The notes below the pieces were generated by a model. That model was given only the letters and a program-made list of their open reading frames with translations, was not told the DNA's origin and did not search any database. A stretch of 64,000 nucleotides of DNA from NCBI GenBank assembly GCA_951406725.2, contig OX597817.1, positions 8,928,001 to 8,992,000 on the forward strand, given 5' to 3'. Shown in pieces: positions 54,584-64,000 of the stretch (position 1 is its first letter; each line of letters opens with the position of its first letter). Position numbers and translations under genes: made by a program. The stretch comes from Octopus vulgaris. Taxonomy: Eukaryota.

Positions 54584-55249
54584 ACACACCCCATTAAGAT
54601 CTCCAAACAAATCTAAGTGTCGAATCCCTAGAAATAGAAAATCTCTCATAAGGAAAATTAAAAGAATCAACAAAAAGATCAACATGCTGAAATACTGTCA
54701 ACAGCAACACACCAACCTGACTGCCATCTCGTCGCTAGAGATTAAAAAACATAAACTCCAAAACAACATGATGTCTATCATCAATAGTCAGCGAAGAGCT
54801 GAAGAGGCCTGGGCCATTGAGAAGATCAAACTCAATCCCAAAGTGTTCTTTTCATTTGCAAAAAACACAGAGTCACTGGTTCTACTGTTGGCCCTCTGAT
54901 TGATGAAAATGGTACTCTTCAAGACAATGCCAAAACCATGGGAGAGATATTGCATAAACAATATTGCTCTGTTTTCAGCAATCCTGATATGACTGATCTG
55001 GGCTGTATCAGTGATGTTACTCCCCAATACACTTTATCGGACATAACATTTGGCGCTCCTGATGTCTTAGCAGCAATAAAGGAAATGAAGCATAATTCAG
55101 CAGTAGGTCCCGATAGGTTCCCTGCTTGTGTCTTGAAGATGTGTCAAAACCAACTTGCACCCCCTCTAGCCAATCTGTGGCGGAACTCACTGGATGCTGG
55201 ATATATACCAGAAGACCTTCTATCCCAGTCTGTTGTCCCAGTTTTCAAA

Positions 55250-56637
55250 AAGGAAACAAATCGCTTGCCGTGAATTACCGTCCAATCTCACTCACCTCTC
55301 ATATCATCAAGGTATTTGAGAGGGTGCTGAGATCGCGTATGACTCACTTCCTTGAGAGTCATAATATGCTGAACCCCAACCAGCATGGATTCCGTAATGG
55401 GAGAGATTGCCTGACGCAGCTACTGCATCATTTTGATGACATTTTGAGAGCCTTGGGAGAAGGTTCCAACACTGATGTCATCTACCTTGATTTCAGCAAG
55501 GCCTTTGACAGGGTTGATCATAAGATCCTTCTGAGAAAGCTGTCCAATATTGGTGTCACTGGAAAGCTGCTGCAGTGGATCAAGTGCTTCCTGTCTAACA
55601 GAACCCAACATGTTGTAGTCGAAGGAGTCAAATCCAGCCCAGCCAAAGTCAGCAGTGGTGTCCCACAAGGCACTGTGTTGGGCCCACTTCTCTTCATCAT
55701 CTACATAAATGATATTACTGACACCATCAAACACAGTAACATCAGAACCTTCGCTGATGATTCCAAGCTCCAGAAGGTCATCAATGGCGTGGATGACCGA
55801 ATAAACCTTCAGTCAGACCTACTGGCTGTTGTCCAATGGGCGGAAAAGAATAACATGTTGCTAAATGAAGACAAATTCGAACTGATCCACTTTGGAAGGG
55901 AGGACGCTCTGAAACTCCCATACTCTCTTCCTTCAGGAGAAATTCTCATGGCATCCAACAACATCAGAGACTTGGGAGTAACAGTGGACAACAACATAAG
56001 CTGGGCTACACATATAAGCAGCAAAGTTGACATGGCCCGCAGAATGTGTTCCTGGATTCTCAGAACCTTCCAGTCGAGAGATTCCCACGCTATTATCCTT
56101 CTCTTCTCCACTTTTGCCCGACCCCACCTTGAATACTGCTGTCCACTGTGGTCTCCCTACACAAAACAAAATATTATGAGAATTGAAGCTCCCCAAAGGT
56201 CAATCACAAAAAAGATAGATGGCATGTCAGACCTTGACTACTGGGGTAGACTAGAGAAGCTGAAATTGTATTCACTCCAACGACGCCGTGAACGCTACAT
56301 TATCTGTATGATGTGGAAAATATTCCATCAGCACTGTCCGAATGATGTTGGCATCACCTTCAAAATGCATCCAAGGCTTGGACCACGTGCCATCCGTCCA
56401 CAACAAAAATCTAAATCGCATCACATAACGACAATACGGCACAACTATTTCACCTCAATTGGACCCGCTCTCTTCAACATTACACCAGGACACGTCAAAA
56501 AAGAAACTGACCACACAAAATTCAAGAAGTCTTTGGACAAATTCCTTCAAACAGTACCGGACAAACCACCCACACCCGGATATGTCTCCGCAAACAATAA
56601 CTCTCTGCTCGAATGGGCCTTGGTGCCCAAATCCTGA
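55250..56637 (+). CDS. Uninterrupted reverse transcriptase and C-terminal portion of the outer LINE ORF2
   Basis: Part of ORF 55126-56637 downstream of the frameshift at about 55250; RT core motifs intact. Confidence 0.85.
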
Positions 56638-56748
56638 ACTGAAAGACTTCGCCAGGTGGTGCTATTAAGTTAGACATGGCCTGGGCCAATACTGGCCAAA
56701 ACCTTTCTAAGTTATTCTAAGTTATATATATATATATATATGTGTATG

Positions 56749-56826
<78 letters not shown>

Positions 56827-56858
56827 TATGTATACATATATATATATATATATACATA

Positions 56859-56904
<46 letters not shown>

Positions 56905-56908
<4 letters not shown>

Positions 56909-57641
56909 ATTAATTAATAAGGGTGAGAGAATTAGATACTAATTTAATAGCATATCTATTCAACACCAAGTGGCATAGTGCTCGAGAAACCTGGATTATT
57001 ATAATATTTTATAATATATTATAATATTTTTACAAAATAAATATAAGAGAGTGGTCACTATATGGCTCACTCTAGCACTAGTTAATCCAAAAGGTTTCAA
57101 CCACAAAAATACATGTTTCCCATGAAAGTCAGTACGATTGTTAGCTCACACGGACAGGGCAAATAAAAATAACAAAAATACAGATTATTTTGGGACAATT
57201 GTTTCGCTATTAATGAATTAAATGTAATTTTACTTACAAAAAAATCCACTTGTAGCTCGTCAGCCAAAACTATCTGGATGAAATCCACTCAATCACACGC
57301 CAGATTTTACCATAACGATAAATACACGTGTGGTTCAATTGATTACATCCGACGTTATAATTCAAATGCCCCAACTAACAGCGCGCCAAACTCACGGAAA
57401 ACAAATACTGCATTTAGAAATAAATGTAGCATAATTATAATTAATTAATAAGGGTGAGAGAATTAGATACTAATTTAATAGCATATCTATTCAACACCAA
57501 GTGGCATAGTGCTCCGAGAAACCTGGATTATTATAATATTTTATAATATATTATAATATTTTTACAAAATAAATATTAAGAGAGTGGTCATATATGGCTC
57601 ATCTAGCATTAATCCAAAAGGTTTCAACCACAAAAATACAT
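56905..57641 (-). mobile_element. Retrozyme-like partial tandem repeat (531-bp period) with an HHR
   Basis: Direct repeats 56905-57114 and 57436-57641, HHR between them, (TA)n on both sides. Confidence 0.8.
57188..57269 (-). ncRNA. Type I hammerhead ribozyme with 51-nt stem II
   Basis: TTTTGG CTGACGA GCTA...TAGC GAAAC AATT GTC CCAAAA. Confidence 0.88.
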
Positions 57642-57649
57642 ATATATAT

Positions 57650-57702
<53 letters not shown>

Positions 57703-57890
57703 TATGTAAAACGATACAAACTGGGACAAGAACGCAAAACATTTAGAAGACTATACAAAAAACACGGACGGGACATTCGAAGCCTTCAATCTTCAGTCAA
57801 GAACCGGATCATCCTCACAATTTCGGCTAATTAATCTTGAGATCGCTCCGATCCGGCCAGCCCCAAGGAAAAACTAAGCTACGATGTTTT

Positions 57891-57921
<31 letters not shown>

Positions 57922-57952
57922 GTATATAACTTTATATGTATATGTATGTATG

Positions 57953-58245
57953 TATGGCTGTGTGGTAAGAAGTTTTCTTCCCAACCACATGGTTCAGGGT
58001 TCACTCCCACTGCGTGGCAATTGCGGAAAATTTCTTCTACCATAGTCTCGGGCCGACCAAAGGCTTGTAAGTGGTGCTGGTAGACGGAAACTGAAAGGAG
58101 CTTGTCGTGTGTGTGTGTGTGTTTGTCACCCCCCCCAAAAAAAAACCGGTGTTAGTGTGTTTACGCACCCCTTGGTTTGGACATTCGGCAAAAGAGACCG
58201 ATAGAATAAGTACAAGACTTAAAAAGGAAGTAAGTCCTGTGGGTC
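57953..58245 (+). mobile_element. SINE family 1, partial and diverged
   Basis: TGGCTGTGTGGTAAG..TAGACGGAAACTGAAA..GAGACCGATAGAATAAGTAC. Confidence 0.8.
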
Positions 58246-58556
58246 GTACCTAAAGATATTCCTAAGTTCACATTGCGCTCATCAGATAAAATTTTCAATT
58301 TCTGTCAAATAGCAATTTGTGAGTTTGAGAAAGAACGAGCGGTTTATATAAGATGTGGGTAATTCTTGAACCGACGATGATTTCTCTCTGTTTTGCAACG
58401 TCTGAGGAATCCGGAAGTGTCAAGAAAAATTAGTTAAATTATCCTCGGGGAGGAATATGTGAAGGAACAAAAAAATGTGGTCTAAAATTTATTTGGTATT
58501 TAGTTAAATTAAATGAAAGAATGTGTGTCACTGTGCGTGTGTATGTGTGTCTCTCC

Positions 58557-58659
<103 letters not shown>

Positions 58660-58906
58660 GAAAGGGAGATGTATGTATGTATATATAAATACATATATAT
58701 ATATATATATATATGTATGTATATATAAATACATATATATATATATATATGTATTTATATATACATGTATATATGTATATATATGTATATATATGTATTT
58801 ATATATACATGTATATATGTATATATATGTATATATATGTATTTATATATACATGTATATATGTATATATGTATATATATGTATATATAAATACATATAT
58901 ATATAT

Positions 58907-58981
<75 letters not shown>

Positions 58982-59527
58982 CATAGTTGCCTTTCATTGG
59001 GACCTAAGCCCTTTGAAGGAGTCGTCGGGGCGCCATCATGATATATATTGTGTCTTAGGCATTTTTAGATCTAGCATATCACTTAGCTCCCTAGATCTTA
59101 CTAAAATCTATTTCTTGCAGAAGATAGAAAGACGGACAGAGAGAAAGAGTGAGAGGAATAGAAGAGTAGAACTGGTGCTTTATGTATAGTCTACGAAAGT
59201 ATGGAAGCAGCTTGTTTTCGGCGGAATTTGAACTCAGATCGGAAAGAACGGGCCTAATTATCACATATATATATATATGTGTGTATGTATGTATATATAT
59301 ATATTTGATAGAAGTTGAAAATTTTATTTGATGAACGCAATGTGAATTTGGGTACATCTTTGGGTACGAGCCACAGGACTTACTTTCTTTTTAAGTCTGC
59401 TATACGAAGTTATAGCAGCCCTGCTAACACACACAGGTACACACACACTCTCTCTCTCACACACACACACACGCACACACACACACATACACACACATAC
59501 ACAAACACACACACAAACACACACACA

Positions 59528-59659
<132 letters not shown>

Positions 59660-60279
59660 CATTTGTCTGAAGCACTATGGAACACGATTCTTACTTCTGA
59701 TTGTATGTCCCTCCACTTCAACTTTTGCCAAGGGAAAATTCAAAAGTTCTTGAAGTTTAAGGATCTGAGGTTTTAAAAAACTAACATCTTTGTTAACTTT
59801 CAAGCCACCTATTTTCATTCTTCCATCAATGCCATTAAAAGGTTCATTTCTTCATTCGCTTTTATTCTTAGTTTTCATGTCCTTTCTACGCTTACCAACA
59901 TATATTGTACTTGGACTGTAATTATTCTAAGTTGTTGGAACAGCATTAAGGAACGAAGTTCCACAGAAGCCAGTCCCAGCCGTGACTTTGTTTGCACGAA
60001 AGTCTGGGTGGATGACCAGGTGAGCTTTGAGCTATGAAAGTGCTGCAGAAGAGTGGTTCATCAATCTTTGAATTTCTATTTGGGAATTGATTGCTATCTG
60101 TGGAGAAACAACAGAGCAAGATGCAGAAAGAAATCATTATGTAAATATTACAATATGGGTATAATTACAAACAATAAATTAGAGAGATACAAATGATTAC
60201 CATATAATTTATTGATATTATAACATAATATAGTATGAATATAATACAATATAATATAACATAAATAATTCTTTAAAAA

Positions 60280-60358
60280 AACAAAAATTTGTTTCGACTT
60301 ATATACATTTTTGGATATATAAACAATTCAATTCTTTTATATATAAGCCTCATCAGGG
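60280..60358 (-). ncRNA. Hammerhead motif with 54-nt stem II, lacking the 3' strand of stem I
   Basis: CC CTGATGA GGCTTATATA...TATATAAGTC GAAAC AAATTTTT GTT followed by unrelated T-rich sequence. Confidence 0.65.
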
Positions 60359-60619
60359 CAATTGGTGTGTAGGTAGACGAAATTCCGTGTGAAAGAATTT
60401 CTGGGTTGTTTTGGGCCTGCAATCGCCTATATTTATGATTCTGTTATTATCATTTTTAATTGTTACACTACATAATAATAGAGTCAATAATATCTCCGCA
60501 AATATTTTCTCCTGAATTATTTGCTTTTTTAATGAATTCTTGGGAATCTCTTGAGTGTATCATTTTTAATATTTGCGTGTGTGTTTGTGTTATTCTAAGG
60601 CCGTGGTGGATATATCTTT

Positions 60620-61255
60620 GTCGTAGAAGCGTTCAAAAGGAATCTGTATTTTGTAATAAAGAGAGTCTCTTTACTAATTCGTTGGCTACAGGTTGTATCG
60701 TCTCTTATTTGGTAGAGGGGGAAAATTCTGAAGCTTGGATTTTTGTTATTGGCACATATGTCGATGTGTTGGCTGAATGCTATTTTTCTGTTATGGGCAA
60801 TTTTGATCTGGAATCTGTGCAGACCATCTTTTTACGTAGACTGCTTTGTTTGGCCTATGTATTGCTCTTGACACCCAGAGCAGGTTAGTGCGTATATCAG
60901 GTTCTCCGAAGCACACGTGAAGCTGCTTTTCATGTGAAACGTTGTCCTTGTTTGAAGAACTTTGATCCCTTAATTAAATTGACGCATATCCCACAGTTGG
61001 GTCTTCCGCAATTTTTACCGACGGCTTCTGTGTTGTTGTTGAGCGTATTCAGTCTTGTGTTAGGAGACTTTTCATATATTTAGGTTGTCTCTTGCTTTTT
61101 ATGATGGAGTGTGTTTGGAGGATTAAGTTCATTGTGTGGAACTTTTTTAGCAGGGGAATGTTTTGAAGGATGGTATCGAAGGCTTCATTGTAACGAGGGT
61201 TGTGTGTGGAGATGTATGGTAGGGCTTTTGGTTGTAAATCTTCGCCTTTTGTGAA
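60620..61255 (-). pseudogene. Penelope-like element C-terminus (Cys-rich linker plus GIY-YIG)
   Basis: LPYISTHNP, IKSKRQP, NCGRPNCGIC, FTCASENLIYALTCSGCQEQYIGQT; frameshifted. Confidence 0.88.
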
Positions 61256-61299
61256 TTCTCCTGTCCAATAGTACCTGTCCAATATACTACTGGTAATGT

Positions 61300-61660
61300 A
61301 CCCAATTATTAATACCCAAGTGTTAGCTATTACATGGCAATTTCGACGTAATTCTTAAAGAACTTGTACATTTTCTTCTTAAGGCATTCTAATGACATAT
61401 TAGTTCAGTTCCTGGTTATATGTAGAAGGTCGTCCCTATAAAGATCAACTCTATAATCATAAATTCTATCTCTTGTTCAGATAAAAGATATAATCCAACA
61501 AGATCGGTAACTTGGGAAGAATCAGAGGCATCCATGGGTATATCAAAGCAATCTCTTGTGTCTTTTTTTGCTTATGGCTTATCTTTATATTTTATAATAG
61601 ATTTCATCGCGGCCAAAACTACTTTAACTTCTTCAATTGACATATCTACCTTGCTCATGG
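61300..61660 (-). pseudogene. Naiad-like Penelope RT fragment
   Basis: FDIPMDASDSSQVTDLVGLYLL and LYRDDLL, homologous to about 7340-7480. Confidence 0.85.
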
Positions 61661-61664
61661 CATA

Positions 61665-61718
<54 letters not shown>

Positions 61719-61796
61719 TATTAGGGAGTATAACTCCAAACTTACAGGGAAAAATTCAATTTAGTATTAAATCAAATTTCACAATATAAATATATA

Positions 61797-62125
61797 TAAT
61801 ATATAAATTATAGAAAACCCTCTATTATGCAATTCAAACAATGATAGACATAAACCAAATCATAAAGAGAAAAAAAATATATTATAAAACATATAACTAG
61901 ATCACAAAAAGTACAAAAATGAATAAACAATATATAATAGAAATTAATAATAATTCAGTTTCTGGGATTAATTATAATACCTATTATATATTGTTTATTC
62001 ATTTTTTGTACTTTTTGTGCTCTAGTTTTATGTTTAATAATATATTTTTTTCTTTATGGTTTGGTTTTTGTCTTTCATTGTTTGAATTACATAATAGAGG
62101 TTTTTCTTTAATTTATATATATATT
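61797..62125. repeat. Imperfect inverted repeat with about 145-bp arms
   Basis: 61797-61941 vs 61981-62125, diverged arms. Confidence 0.88.
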
Positions 62126-62126
62126 C

Positions 62127-62237
<111 letters not shown>

Positions 62238-62247
62238 GATAAAACTT

Positions 62248-62928
62248 GTTTAGGCGACGCTCTTATACTGTATATACTGTATGGAAGTGAGACCTGGACG
62301 CTATACACACGCCAAGAGCGTCGCCTAAACATCTTTCATCTGCGCTGCCTCCGAAAAATCCTCCGCATCAAATGGCATAATCATATCCCCAACAAAGATG
62401 TCCTCAGGCAAGCAGGAATACCAAGCATGTTTGCACTCCTCACACAAAGACGTATGAGATGGCTTGGGCATGTTAGCCGTATGAAAGATGGTAGAATCCC
62501 CAAGGACATACTCTACGGAGAGCTTGCTAGGGGTACTAGGTCTGTGGGTAGACCGATCTTACGTTACAAGGATGTTTGCAAAAGGGACATGAAGGCCTGC
62601 AACATCAATATTAGCAGTTGGGAGGCAGTTGCCGGCAACCGTGGAGACTGGCGACGTACCGTAAAAGAGGGAATACAAAGGAGTGACAGAGAGAGAGAGG
62701 AGAAATGGAAAGACAAGAAGAGACATAAACAAGAAACTATGGCACTACAAACCGGCCAGGAACAGTCTTCGCTACATTTGCGGTACCTGCCAGAGGGAGT
62801 GTTTGTCCAGGATAGGACTACACAGCCACAGCAGGAAATGTATCAGGACATGAAATATAAAAGCCGGACTAGACTACTTCATGCGCAACTCCATTGTCTC
62901 CCGAGACAGAAAGGATGCCAACAACAAC
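62248..62928 (+). mobile_element. 5'-truncated RTE-clade LINE with 12-bp target duplication
   Basis: LYGSETWT..RRMRWLGHVSRM.DGRIPKDILYGEL..GRP.LRYKD; (CAA)n tail; AAGATAAAACTT at 62236-47 and 62929-40. Confidence 0.93.
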
Positions 62929-62940
62929 AAGATAAAACTT

Positions 62941-63303
62941 ACTCAGAAATGGATGCGTGCGTTCCGTCATATAATAACAAATTAATAAATAAAACATATG
63001 CATATATACGTACATATATGTACGTACCTACATCTATGTGTATATATACATGCATATATGGGTACAGGACACCAAAAAAACTGTCGACACAATGAGAAAC
63101 GAAAACATAAACACAAAACCAAGGAAAAAATAGAGTACAAGACATACAACACAAGGAAAATTCCCCTTCTTCAGCCGCCTCTGTTTCATCTACTCCGCGT
63201 TTCGAAGGTAAAGGCAAGGCACGACTTCATTGAAATAGTTCTTCCCGCAAAAGCAGATTAAAGAAAATTTGCGATTTTTTTTGCGGAGGGGTAAAAATAG
63301 TAA
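62941..63303 (-). mobile_element. Non-coding repeat (family of 28085-28435)
   Basis: Colinear reverse-complement similarity. Confidence 0.8.
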
Positions 63304-63309
63304 CATACA

Positions 63310-63342
<33 letters not shown>

Positions 63343-63729
63343 TTCCAATACTGAAACACGTGTAGTTCCTTCATAATGATAGTTTTAACTTACGTTGGAG
63401 ATAATTAAGGAAGTATATTTTATTCCCTGCTGGTGTACTGGTTTTATCCTTAAAATATTATTTCTTGATGTGCATATAGATATTAGAAGTTTACCTTAAG
63501 ATTTACTCGTTATGTTATTTTTTGAATTACGTGAAATAGAATACCCACACATCTATTAATTCCAACAACTGAATTACCACTAATTTCTATTATGTATTTT
63601 GAGCATTTCTCGATAAATACATATAAATGTATTATAATTAAGACCACTGCACGATATGCAGATGCATGTAATGCTAAAGGGTTGTACCTGATTGATTTGG
63701 AAATTCCTTTTCCTACATTATTCAAATAC

Positions 63730-63773
<44 letters not shown>

Positions 63774-63912
63774 TACACACACACACACACACACATACAT
63801 ATATATATATAAAGTTAATCCAGACAAGAAAGCACAAAAAAACACAACAACGCGAGGACATGGAATAAATATAGTATTATTGGACGCTCAGGAAAGAAGG
63901 AAAGAAGGAGGG

Positions 63913-63945
63913 TTTAACGTTTCGAGCGAAGCTCTTCGTCGGAAA
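63913..63945 (-). ncRNA. Minimal hammerhead variant
   Basis: TTT CCGACGA A GAGC-TTC-GCTC GAAAC GTT AAA; same layout as 34306-34343. Confidence 0.6.
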
Positions 63946-64000
63946 CATAGGAGAAGGAAAGATCCAGAGAAGGGAAGACAGAGGAAAAAAAAATAGCCAA

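Larger units (their letters stand above)
51248..56724 (+). mobile_element. Outer CR1-type LINE (5'-truncated), split by a nested LINE
   Basis: APE motifs GLYRPP, GDFN, LDL, SDH (51248-51863) resume at 54584; RT NYRPISL, DFSKAFD, GVPQGTVLGP, FADD; tail (TTCTAAGTTA)2. Confidence 0.92.

Overview
AT-rich eukaryotic DNA dense in microsatellites and transposons. The SINE and LINE content resembles, from memory, Octopus (coleoid cephalopod) repeats; this is an inference, not a database result. No host protein-coding gene is recognisable, and most ORFs in the track are microsatellite translations. The real coding remnants are all mobile elements: a Naiad-like Penelope (RT plus GIY-YIG), further Penelope fragments, a full-length DD34D mariner, two nested CR1-type LINEs, R4/Dong-like, Hero-like, L1-like and RTE fragments, non-autonomous Helitrons, MITEs and at least four tRNA-derived SINE families. 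The most striking unexplained layer is RNA-level. About ten hammerhead ribozyme (HHR) motifs lie in small non-coding elements, many of them inserted in or next to (TA)n tracts. Five share an architecture with a 51-57 nt stem II of unrelated sequence, and four of those have a palindromic stem III. One sits in a 531-bp partial tandem repeat resembling a retrozyme. Four further copies carry a permuted GAAA-N24/25-CYGANGA motif that does not fold as a canonical HHR. Other items of note are a foldback element, a duplicated promoter-like block and two candidate orphan exons. All folds and alignments were done by eye.
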